Part shown: in pieces, positions 13,661-26,000 of the stretch
How positions within the stretch are numbered: position 1 is the first letter of the stretch
How the letters are laid out: each line of letters opens with the position of its first letter
Source of the DNA: Mobula birostris
Lineage: Eukaryota
DNA length: 64,000 bases
NCBI RefSeq assembly: GCF_030028105.1
Contig: NC_092371.1
Span: 97,367,064 to 97,431,063 of the forward strand
Direction of reading: 5' to 3'
Program-made: the position numbers and the translations under genes
The notes under the pieces: model-generated
Told to the model about the DNA's origin: nothing
What the model saw: the letters and a program-made list of their open reading frames with translations, nothing else
Database searches by the model: none

Positions 13661-14020
13661 ATTTACCGGAAGAAAGAAACTGTTCTTCGGGCTGTGGGGA
13701 AGAGTCAGATAGATTTAAAGAGAGAGAGGAGAGCTGGAAAGGGGCGCGGGGAAGGCGGGGTGGTTTCGATGAGTCGGAAAGACCACGAGGACTGGCGTCA
13801 TTGTGTGTTGGGATGGAGGCGACAAAGCAGATGCTAAACTATCGGCATTCGGAATGGCTGTATGTTGGATTTCAGAGTTTTACCGTACCTTTCAGCTTCT
13901 GATTCTGCAAAAGGACCAGCCCAGTTTTGTAATGATGCTGTGACGTTCAAACTCCGGGCTCGGCTTCTGTCAGTATTTTTGAGCAAAAGTTGCTCACGAT
14001 CGCTTTCAGCAGATGCACTC

Positions 14021-14084
14021 ATGTGGGTTTCGATGTCATTGGTAGTGGTTGTCACTTATTCGATTTTCTCCGCTTATATTCCGA
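14021..14084 (+). CDS. Exon 1, leader peptide [21 protein letters not shown](S)
   Basis: Hydrophobic N-terminus and a phase-1 donor CCGA|GTAGGC that matches the V exon. An alternative leader from ATG 14448 is possible. Confidence 0.55.
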
Positions 14085-17000
14085 GTAGGCGTGTTGGAAG
14101 AAAAACAACTTTTCCAATGACCTGATTAACAAGTAAGTATGAATCGCAGCGCAGAACGAGTTAAGGCCTTGCTTTACCGCCCTGGAGTGGCCGGTACTGG
14201 CAGACTTGGGCCCCACGTTGCTACTTCGATGGAGAAAGCTACTTTCAGAAAGCAGGTCAACAGCTCATTGAACCTCATTTATGAACTTATTTAGCAGCGG
14301 TGATCTCTGCAGTGCGCCAGAATCTGCGGAAACCACATCCGCCCCAACACTTTAGAAGGTGAACAGTGATCGGTGCTTCAGACTCTGGTAACTCAAGCAA
14401 ACCTCGGTTATTCCAACACTAACAGCCTCCGGTAGAGTCTCGTAAGCATGAATCTTGTTACATTTATATCAGTGTATGTATCTACTTTCTGCACAGGCTG
14501 GTCACAAAGTGTCACCGAAGGGATTCGAGTTCACCAAACCCCCAGTTATCTCACAGTACCCGAAGGGGGGAGGGCACATCTGACCTGCAACATTTCTGCT
14601 GACAACATTCTCGACTTTGCAGTCAACTGGCTTCATCGATCAGAAAAGTCAACGAATCAAACATACATAATTTACATGAACAACGTATACAAAAGAAACC
14701 TTTCCACCGAGGTGGAAATTACCAATCAGCAAAGCATAATCAGAAGCGAGTTATCAATAAATAATCTTCAGCAAGAAGACAGCGGCATATATTACTGTGA
14801 ACTGATGACTCTAAATCCGCCATCCACTTGGGGTTTTATGGGCAACGGAAGCCGGTTGATCGTGACAGGTAGGATTTATGATTAACTTTATACATGTGGA
14901 ACTATACTGTAATTGGATTTTATTGAAATTCAACTTGCATTCACGATTACATATTTATCAGCGACGTAAACATTCAGTGGAACAGCGGACTGAGTTCATG
15001 ATCCGAAAATTTAAAAAAAACGTTGGAGCTGCCACTGATCAACAGTACCAGCTCGGGATTTGGGGAGGAGGACTTGTGAAAAGGGATGAGAGCTGAATCG
15101 TTCGTCCCGCTCTTTCCTGAGTGTCGGTAAAGGGTGTTGAGGTGCACCAGGATGTAGGGAGGTGAGGGCAGGAGCTAGCTCGACCATACAGCCAGATTCG
15201 CAAAGTGGCCGAGAGACACTGTCCTTCTGCAATAGTAAAGGCTGGCCAGCATTTCCAAATGAGTTGTCATCCGACAAAAGCAAAGCAGGCACCTGGGGAG
15301 ACGGAAGCGAACGGAGCAAAATATAGGTATGTTCCACTTACAAGCAGTTTTACAGAATCAATGTAGATAACTTAAAAATATTTGCCTTCAGCTCTATTGT
15401 ATTTACGTGGTTAGCATTAATGCATGTGGTGGACTTGGGTCAAGTTGGGCGCACCAATTTGACCTAAACATTGCTACCTAGTTGTTAAAATTACCAGTCA
15501 AGGCCACTTTTTGTTCCCTCTAAGCTGCGCGGGTGCGTGGCCGCACAGTACAAGCAATGCTCCCGCGCACGTCGTCTTTATTGCCGCGCAGCTGGAATAA
15601 AGACAGCCGAAAAAATGCTTACGAAACATGGAAGTTGTTTTCTTTGTTGTGCCGTATTTCATGATACCAATTCAGTTATTAAATAAAATCAAAAGTATTC
15701 AAAAGTATGAGGTTTTTTGATGTTCATTTTAAATATTCACAGGTATCACGCAGATTTCAGGCTGTGCAACAATTTCCTGCTCAGAGCAATGGCTCGTTGG
15801 CGCAGCTATAAACAAAAATAGAGGGAACGTTAGTCAAAATAAATTTATTATCAAAGTGCGTATATATTACTATAGCTGCATTGAGATTAATTTTCTTGCA
15901 GGGAATTTCAGGAAAATAAAGAAATACATTAGAGTTTATAAAAAATTATACAGAAAGACTGACAAATCAATGTGCAAGATAGGCAAATAACTTCTCTCCT
16001 ACACGTAATTTGTTCTTCTCATAGGTATATTCAATCAGAGTTTCTTGTTCTTCTTAAGCTCAGCACCCCCTACGCGGCATAAACCGCCGACAGAAGCTCG
16101 CCAGTCTTTTTGAAGTTATCCCCAGGTGTCTTACGTCTTCTAAGCGAAGAACTTTCCTCTCGCAGGGATGAACTCTTCGGAGCTTAGTTCGCGTTCCTCT
16201 CGCCAGTTTCATTATAGAATGGGGTTGCTAGCCCCACGCCAATTCTGCCTCTTTTTGCAGTTCAATCAGAGCTTGAATCATTTTTTGACCGGTTTGAGGA
16301 TACCAAATGTTAGTGGTGCTCTTATGCTTGGAAATGAAGAGGTTTGCTAATTGCAGTTCTGATAACTGGACCAGTGATCACTTGATGAAAAGGGTGGATG
16401 ACTGTCGTTAAACCTTTGCATAAAGTAAACGCAACCGCTTTGAATCGTCCTAATTTTACTCGAACTGTCGGCTTTTATATTTAAATTTTCTGAAAGACGT
16501 CGCACAATTTATTCAAGGATAGCCGCAGAGCTGCAAAAGCAAGCAACAACATAAACCAGGAGATCTGGACATATGGTGATTTAAAGAAATAAACGGAGGA
16601 AATCTGAGATAAAACACGAAATAAATAAGTACAGTCAGTACGTACAGCAACAAATGCTACTAAACTATATAACTCTACTTTAATATTTTATTCATCTAAT
16701 TCTATAATAGGTGCCAGGTAAAAATGTGAACACGAGGAATTCTGCAGATGCCGAAAATTCAAGCAACACACATCAAAGTTGCTGGTGAAAGCCGCAGGCC
16801 AGGCAACATCTCTAGGAAGAGGCACAGTCGACGTTTCGGGCGGAGATCCTTCGTCAGGACTAACTGAAGGAAGAGCTAGTAAGAGATTTGAAAGTGGGAG
16901 GGGGAGGGGGAGATCCAAAATGATGGGAGAAGACGGGAGGGGGAGGGATGGAGCCAAGAGCTGGACTGGTGATTGGCAAAAGAGATATGAGAGGATCTTG

Positions 17001-20000
17001 GAACAGGAGGCCCAGGGAGAAGGAAAAGGGGGAAGGGGGGGGGAAACCCAGAGGATGGGCAAGGGGTATAGTCAGAGAGACAGAGGGAGAAAAAGGAGAG
17101 AGAGAGAAAGAATGTGTGTATATAAATAAATAACGGATGGGGTACGAGGGGGAGGTGGGGCATTAGCGGAAGTTAGAGAAGTCAATGTTCAGGCCATCAG
17201 GTTGGAGGCTACCCAGACGGAATATAAGGTGTTGTTTCTCCAACCTGAGTGTGGCTTCATCTTTACAGTAGAGGCGGCCGTGGATAGACATGTCAGAATG
17301 GGAATGGGATGTGGAATTAAAATGTGTGGCCACTGGGAGATCCTGCTTTCTCTGGCGTTCTGTCCCATAATGTTTTGAGATCTCTTCACAATACTGTGTA
17401 ATCTACATCAAATGAATTTAGTTAACAGTCTAGGTCTTTATTGAGGTGAATTTCTCTTCTTAGTGGAAGTGCTTTTTTATTAAAAGACAACAGATAACAT
17501 ATGCCTATCCACGGCCTCCTCTACTGTAAAGATGAAGCCACACTCAGGTTGGAGGAACAACACCTTATATTCCGTCTGGGTAGCCTCCAACCTGATGGCA
17601 TGAACATTGACTTCTCTAACTTCCGCTAATGCCCCACCTCCCCCTCGTACCCCATCTGTTATTTATTTATATACACACATTCTTTCTCTCTCTCTCCTTT
17701 TTCTCCCTCTGTCCCTCTGACTATACCCCTTGCCCATCCTCTGGGTTTTCCCCTCGCCCCCCTTTCCTTCTCCCTGGGCCTCCTGTCCCATGATCCTCTC
17801 ATATCCCTTTTGCCAATCACCTGTCCAGCTCTTGGCTCCATCCCTCCCCATCCTGTCTTCTCCTATCATTTTGGATCTCCCCCTCCCCCTCCCACTTTCA
17901 AATCTCTTACTAGCTCTTCCTTCAGTTAGTCCTGGCGAAGGGTCTCGGTCCGAAACGTCAACTGCACCTCTTCCTATAGATGGTGCCCGGCCTGCTGCGT
18001 TCACCAGCAACTTTGATGTGTGCTGCAACGGTAAAAAATGCAGGTTCTGTGTGTTGACGGCATGCCAGCCAGTGAACACAGAGTCTGAAACACTAACGTG
18101 CGATTACCAATTGATCATTTCTCAGAATTCGGGAAACTCTCTCCTGGACCTTTTAAAAATAGATGTCGTCTGTTGTATTTTAATAAAAAGCACTTCCGCT
18201 AAGAAGAGAAATTCACCTCAATAAAGACCCAGACCGTTAACTAAATTCATTTGATGTAGATTACACAGTATTGTAAGCGATCTCAAAACATTATGGGTCA
18301 TCTTGCTGCGATAATAGCATTGATCATTTTAGTTGTTTTTTTTAAGTTTTAGTTATATTTGTTGAAGTAAATATAGTTTGCTATGATGGTTACACAAATA
18401 ATAGCTATTATTATCTTCATTCTTGATAAGGATCCGATTTCCAGACGAACAAATTTCAATGGCTTTACTTGCTGATGGGCATGCTCCTACTGGTTATTTT
18501 GCTCTTAGCCGCAAGGCGTTGGAATGCGAAACGTGAGTATTGTGCTTTCAGCACCAATATTAGATGCACACGCAATTTTTGCTGTAAATAACCATTATAG
18601 TCTTTATATTGTAGTGGATTTTTAACAAAATGTTACGTTAAAATGGACACGATTGGCAGTCAGTTTCAAATAATGATCATGAATCTGAGAAATGTACAGG
18701 ATAAAGGAGCCGACTTGGCGCATCTTATCTGTCCTGGCATGTGTTTAAATACGGCAATTAAACATATGGAAGGGCGTAACACTGTAATGACTTTAAAATC
18801 AACTCTGAGAAAATATCAGTTTGATATATCAGTCGCTCCTTTTATTTTATTGCTCCGAGATAGAATAGTAAAAGAATTCCTCCATTGATTCTGATGTCGG
18901 TACTTAACACCTTCACTGCAGTAATCAATGCTTCGCTTAGCCCTGTCATCTTGTCTCATAGTCTAATACTGTAGTATGTTTTGACTTTATTAAAAAAAAC
19001 AATAGTCGCTAACTTTCGTCATAACACTGAAAAAGTCCTATAGTCCTAAACTGATCGGATGTTTTGTTATTTTATTCTAAGTTTCCTTGTTTCTTTGTTT
19101 TCAACTTCTCGCTACTCAGTTCATACTGCGCAATGTCCTTCAGGTCTTTAAGAATTAGATGTTGATCATGCTTTAAATGTAACATATGAGACTGAATATC
19201 ACCAGTAATGTGTTCTCAACACTGCCCAACGCATAGTTTGCGGAAATAAAGCGTAAGACCGTTATCCCTTATATTTATTTGTACTAATGACCAATGTCAT
19301 TTCCATGTTTATAATAGCGTTGCTAGATTCCATGGCCTTTCCACTTATAGAAACATAGAAAGTAGGTGCAGGAGTAAGCCATTCGGCCCTTCGAGCCTGC
19401 ACCGCCATTCAGTATGATCATGGCTGATCATCCAACTCAGAACCCTATACCTGCCTTCTCTCCATACCCCCGATCCCTTTAGCCACAAGGGCCATATCTA
19501 AGTCCCTCTTAAATATAGCCAATGAACTGGCCTCAACTGTTTCCTGTGGCAGAGAATTCCACAGATTCACCACTCTCTGTGTGAAGAAGGTTTTCCTAAT
19601 CTCGGTCCTAAAAGGCTTCTCCTTTATCCTTAAACTGTGACCCCTCGTTCTGGACTTCCCCAAGATCGGGAACAATCTTCCTGCATCTAGCCTGTCCAAT
19701 CCCTTTAGGATTTTATACGTTTCAATAAGATCCCCCCTCAATCTTCTAAATTCCAAAGAGTATAAGCGTAGCCGATCCAGTCTTTCATCATACGAAAATC
19801 CTGCCATCCAAGGAATCAATCTGGTGAACCTTCTTTGTACTTCCTCTATGGCAAGAATGTCTTTCCTCAGATTAGGGGACCATAACTGCACACAATACTC
19901 CAGGTGTGGTCTCACCAAGGCCTAATACAACTGCAGTAGTGCCTCCCTGCTCCTGTACTCAAATCCTCTTGCTATGAATGCCAGCATACCATTCGCCTTT

Positions 20001-23000
20001 TTCACTGCCTGCTGTACCTGCATGTCCACTTTCAATAACTTGTGTACAATGACACCCGGGTCTCGTTGCACCTCCCCTTTTCCTAATCGGCCACCATTCA
20101 GATAATAATCTGTTTTCCAGTTCTTGCCACCAAAGTGGATAAACTCACATTTATCCACATTAAATTACATCTGCCATGAATTTGCCCACTCACCTAACCT
20201 ATCCAAGTCACCCTGCATCCTCTTAGCATCCTCCTCACAGCTAACACTGCCGCCCAGCTTCGTGTCATCCGCAAACTTGGAGTTGCTGTATTTAATTCCC
20301 TCATCTAAGTCATTAATATATATTGTAAACAACTGGGGTCCCAGCACTGAGCCTTGCGGTACCCCACTAGTCACTGCCTGCCATTCTGAAAAGGTCCCGT
20401 TTATTCCCACTATTTGCTTCCTGTCTGCCAACCAATTCTCTATCCACATCAATACCATACTCCCGATACCATATGCTTTAAGTGTGCACACTAATCTCCT
20501 GTATGGGACCTTGTCAAAAGCCTTTTGAAAATCCAAATATATCACATCTACTGGTTCTCCCCTATCCACTCTACTAGTTACAACCTCAAAAAATTCTATG
20601 AGATACGTCAGACATGATTTTTTGCTTTCACGAATCCATGCTGACTTCGTCCAATGATTTCACCACTTTCCAAATGTGCTGTTGTCACATCTTTGATAAC
20701 TGACTCTAGCATTTTCCCCACCACTGATGTTAGGCTAACCGGACTATAATTCCCCGGTTTCTCTCTCCCTCCTTTTTTAAAAAGAGGGATTACATTAGCC
20801 ACCTTCCAATCCTCAGGAACTAATCCAGAATCTAAAGAGTTTTGAAAAATTATCACTAATACATCCACTATTTCTTGGGCTACTTCCTTAAGCACTCTGG
20901 AATGCAGACCATCTGCCCCTGGAAATTTATCTGCCTTTAATTCCTTCAATTTACCTAACACCACTTCTCTACTAACATGTATTTCCCTCAGTCCCTCCAT
21001 TTCACGAGACCCTCGGTCCCCAACTACTTCTGGAAGATTATTTATGTCCTCCTTAGTGAAGACAGAACCAAAGTAGTTATTCAATTGGTCTACCATGTCC
21101 TTGTTCCCCATGATCAATTCACCTGTTTCTGACTGTAAGGGACCTACATTTGTCTTAACCAATCTTTTTCTTTTCACTTATCTATAAAAGCTTTATCAGT
21201 CAGTTTTTATGTTCCCTGCCAGCTTTCTCTCATAATCTTTTTTCCCATTCCTAATTAAGCCCTTTCTCCTCCTCTGCTGGACTCTGAATTTCTCCCAGTC
21301 CTCAGGTGTGCCACCTTTTCTGCCTAATTTGTATGTTTCTTCTTTGGAATTGATACTATCCCTAATTTCCCTTGTCAGCCACGGGTGCACTACCTTCCCT
21401 GGTTTATTCTTTTGCCAAACTGGGATGAACAATTGTTGTAGTTTATCCGTGTGATCTTTAAATGCTTGCCATTGCACATCGACCGTCAACCCTTTAAGTA
21501 TCATTTGCCAGTCTATCTTAGCTAATTCACATCTCATACCTTCAAAGTTACCCTTCTTTAAGTTCAGAACCTTTGTTTCTGAATTAACTATGTCACTGTC
21601 CATCTTAATGAAGAATTCCACCATATTACGGTCACTCTTACCCAAGGGGCCTCACACGACAAGATTGCTAACTAACCCTTCCTCATTGCTCAAGCAACAG
21701 GAATTCTGCAGATGCTGGAAATTCAAGCAACACACATAAAAGTTGCTGGTGAACGCAGCAGACCAGGCAGCATCTCTAGGAAGAGGTGCAGTCAATGTTT
21801 CAGGCCGAGAACCTTCATCAGGACTAACTGAAAGAAGAGTGAGTAAGGGACTTGAAACGTCGACTGCACCTCTTCCTAGAGATGCTGCCTGGCCTGCTAC
21901 GTTCACCAGCAACTTTTATGTGTGTTGCTCATTGCTCAAGACCCAGTCTAGAATGACCTGCTCTCTAGTTGGTTCCTCGACATGGTGGTTCAGAAATCCA
22001 TCCCGCATATGTTCCAAGAAATCCTCTTCCTCAGCACCCTTACCAACTTGGTTCACCCAATCTATATGTAGATTGAAGTCACCCATTGTAACTGTTGTTC
22101 CTTTATTACATGCATTTCTAATTTCTTGTTTAATGCCTGTTATATGTTCACTGATATTGTCCCCGTGAAGTGAGTGCTCTGTATTCTGTGCAGGTATACG
22201 TGATTCAACACCTAAATAAAACGGAACCCTTTATGGTCTACACTCTTCATATTTCTGCAGCAATAGGGTCACGTAATATGATTCACATTGAATTCTGCCT
22301 TTAATCGTTTGGCCGTTTACCCCAACATCCAGTTCCCCATGGATTCAGTGTGTATTAGACTGAGTTAAAGTTACCAATGTGAAAAGTAGTGTGCGATTAT
22401 CCAGTGTGCACATGGATAACGGACTTGAGTGGAGCACCAACCTAGAGGATGTGTACAAGGGCCAGAGTCGCCTCTACTTCCTAAGGAGACTGGGGTCTTT
22501 TAGAGTGTGCAGGCTTCTCCTTCACATGTTCTACTAGTCTGTTGTCGCTAGTACCATCTTCTATGCTGGGCAATAGTATTATCGCGGGTGATGCCAACAG
22601 GCTCAATAAACTGATTAGAAAGGTGGGCTCTGTTATAGGAGTCAAGCTGTACACACTGGAGGCTGTGGTAGAACAAAGGCCCTACGGAAAATCCTGGCAT
22701 TTCTGGACAATGTTTCTCAGCATGCCATTTTGGTTGAACAGAGGAGCAATTTTAGTAATAGACTAAGACAACTGCGCTGCCCCAAAGAACACTGTATGAG
22801 GCCATTCTTACACTCAGCCATTAGGACTATAATGACTCAACCTATGGATGGAGAAGTGATGACCTCCTCCTGTTAGAGTGTGCAGGCTTCTCCTTCACAT
22901 GTTCTACTAGTCTGTTGTCGCTAGTACCATCTTCTATGCTGGGCAATAGTATTATCGCGGGTGATGCCAACAGGCTCAATAAACTGATTAGAAAGGTGGG

Positions 23001-26000
23001 CTCTGTTATAGGAGTCAAGCTGTACACACTGGAGGCTGTGGTAGAACAAAGGCCCTACGGAAAATCCTGGCATTTCTGGACAATGTTTCTCAGCATGCCA
23101 TTTTGGTTGAACAGAGGAGCAATTTTAGTAATAGACTAAGACAACTGCGCTGCCCCAAAGAACACTGTATGAGGCCATTCTTACACTCAGCCATTAGGAC
23201 TATAATGACTCAACCTATGGATGGAGAAGTGATGACCTCCTCCTGTTAGAGTGTTTGAGGTTATATACTTTCTACTTCTCTTGTAATATTTATATCTGTG
23301 CACTTGCAAAGCTAATGTGACACTGTAATTTTCTTTGGGATCAATAAAGTATCTATCTATCTAATGAGCCTCTGTAATATAATTTTATATATGCTGTGAT
23401 AATCTACTCTATTGCTGCATGTAACATTACACAATTTAGAATGTAGAACACAATACAAACTCCTTGGCCCTCGAAGGCGTGCTGACCTTTAACCCTGCTC
23501 TCCGCTGTGGTAGAGTATTTCTCAGTAAATATCAGTTAATTTACTGTATATTACAATCTATTGCACTCAAATGCTTACTACTGTTTGATACATGACTATA
23601 CTTTTCCTGCACGCATTCATGCTGCAAATGTTCTTGATTCATAATGTACAGAATTATGAATAGCTTTGATTCTCCTATATCTCTGTGGCCAATCTAGAGT
23701 TATGAAACATGAGAATGCTTCCATGTTGGAATTATGCTTTTACGAAGGATAAGTGTAATTGCATTTGCAGTCTTGGCATAACGTTACTTAGAAATCTCCC
23801 TGGTTATTTTGTAATTTCAGAAATTCAGTCAATTGTGCACGGTAACTCGGCTCCTGCAACAACTCTGGAGGTACTGTTTAACACCACCATGTCGCTTTGT
23901 ATACTGTGCATTTTTGTGTAAACAAAATGCTATATCCATACTTCACAAAACAAGGATTATTAGTTGGTTTTCTTCAGCGTTTTCATTGTTTTCAATCATA
24001 TTTGGAAATATGACATATTCATTAAAAGCAGTGTTATATTTGAATTAACTCCAAAATATTTTCTTGGAACATTTATCGTTTTGATATACTAAATCGATGG
24101 TCAACTGTCATGGTCCGATCCGTAATGTCCGCGTTCCGGTTCATGGACCGGTTCAGCGATCCTTATTCCGGGTCTGCCAATTTTCCCTTGTTCTGTTGGT
24201 GCCTTAACTGAGGCACATGACTCTCTTTTTGGGCTGGCTACATAAACAGCTTCTGGGTTCAGCTTCAGTTGCTGGACTGTTCCCTTCCTTTCCCTTCACT
24301 TTCCTCCTGAAGCCTTGCCTGCAAGATCTGCCTGAAGCGTTGCCTGCAGCCTCGTCTGCGTCCTCACCTGTATCACTGTCAATTTCTACTGCCGGAGCAA
24401 GACCAGAGCCTTGCGGTGTCTAGATAAGGAACTGTATTTTTGTTGTTTGGAACTGTCTCTTTATGTCCACACCTTCGCTAGGTAGGTCTGGCCGTTTGCT
24501 GTTACCTTGTGTTGGGAGCCGTCTCTTGTGTCTCTGCCTTCGCTAGGTAGGTCCAGCCGTTTGCCGCTACCTTGTGTTGTGAAGTGTCTTGTCATGTTCA
24601 GCATTCTGTGTATGAGTCCCGGCTCTACATCCTGTTCCCAAGGAGGGGGTCCCAGCTCTGTGTTCCATGTTCCTGTCTCCCAAGATTACCAAGGTTCTGT
24701 GTTCTGCGTTCCTGTCTCCCAAGGTTACTGAGGCTCTCTGTTCTGCGTTCCTGTCTCCCAAGACCAAGTCTTAGCTTCGTGTCCTCATCCAGTTCTGGTC
24801 CTGCTTCCTGCCCAGGAGTCCCGCGTCCTGCCGTCACGTCCAGTCCTGTTGCCTTGTCACGTCTTTTCCTCGCCTGGATCCGGAGTCCGAGCCTGAGTCA
24901 AGACCCAGGTTTCGGGTCACCGTCCAGTCTCTGGCTCGGAGTACTTGGCCAGGTTCCAAGTTCCTTGTTTCTCGGCCAGGTCATGCTTTCCTAGCCAAGT
25001 CCTAGCCCAAGTCTGAGTCCTTGTCCTGTTCCAAGTACTTCAGTGTCTGCGTCTTGCATTTGGGTCCGGCGCCAATGGCCCACTTATGACATCAACAGCT
25101 GATAGGAGAAACAGAAATTGAAAAACAAGACAAAGCAAATAGACTGGATAAGCAATATTGTCAACGTTAGTATGAAGAAAACACACTTTTGAGGACTTAG
25201 CCAGGCTACAGAATAATTTCTACCTCATATTGCGCAAAGAGGATGGGTTTGTTGATATTCTGGCAATTAGGTAGAATTTAGGGAAAGGCAATAATATGGG
25301 GAAATGTTATATAAAGTTTGACAGTGATTGACAAAATTAGAAATACCCGTATTAAATCGAAACAAAAAAAAAACAAGAAAAGTACGAGGCATAAACTAGA
25401 TGTAATAAATTGAGAAATCCTATTAAGTGTATGACAGCGAACTACCATTGAGTAACCTTTAATGAAATATAGATTACTGTTACAGCAAACGAGTCTATAG
25501 AGTAGACATATATATATATCTTCCGATAACATTTTAGGCACCTCTACATCACTGGATCGCAATGTAATTAATATATTTATTGATTCTGTTGGTTTCTCCA
25601 AGGAAATTTCAGGACCTGAAAGATCAACGTTTGCGACTTTATCTTCTGCAACAGTGGCGGAAGCCTCGCACAACGCAGCTTTGGAAGTCGTTTATTCTCA
25701 TCCTGTGATAAAAAATACTACCCGTATTTCAGCAGAGACGGTATGCTGTCTTACACAATAAAATATTTCAAGCGAACTGAGGAAACAGACAGCTAGATAT
25801 CGAGCTATGTGGGACTTACTGGACCGATAAACAATTAAGGGTAGATGTCCTTTTCAAGGTGACACAATAGCTCTTGTGGTAGAGCTGCTGCTTCACAGCT
25901 CCGGCGACTCGTGTTCTGCTGCTGTACCTTTAGACTTTGGACATTCTCCCTCTGACTGTGTGGGAATCCTCTGGGTGTTCTGTCACCCTTCCGCAACCCA

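Noticed and set aside
14100-14140. Strong donor CAA|GTAAGT at 14133 as the end of the leader exon
   Set aside because: An in-frame TGA at 14123-14125 precedes it. At most it is a non-coding alternative donor.
14497-14900. Rearranging TCR/Ig V gene segment
   Set aside because: The exon already contains the J-like GxG strand and ends in a splice donor. I see no heptamer-spacer-nonamer RSS after the second Cys.
15236-15330. Extra stalk exon ending at ATAG|GTATGT in intron 2
   Set aside because: The candidate acceptors give either a phase 2 end or an in-frame stop, incompatible with the phase-1 TM exon.
12707-18224. Several 60-165 aa Pro/Leu- or Gly/Arg-rich ORFs (MPLLPFLPHP..., MLVKAAGQ...)
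   Set aside because: They are incidental frames across the purine/pyrimidine-skewed Penelope pLTRs, repeated in every copy.
25278-25673. Minus-strand 131-aa ORF with EDIYICL
   Set aside because: It is the antisense of exon 5 plus intron. The plus strand has proper splice sites and fits the gene.
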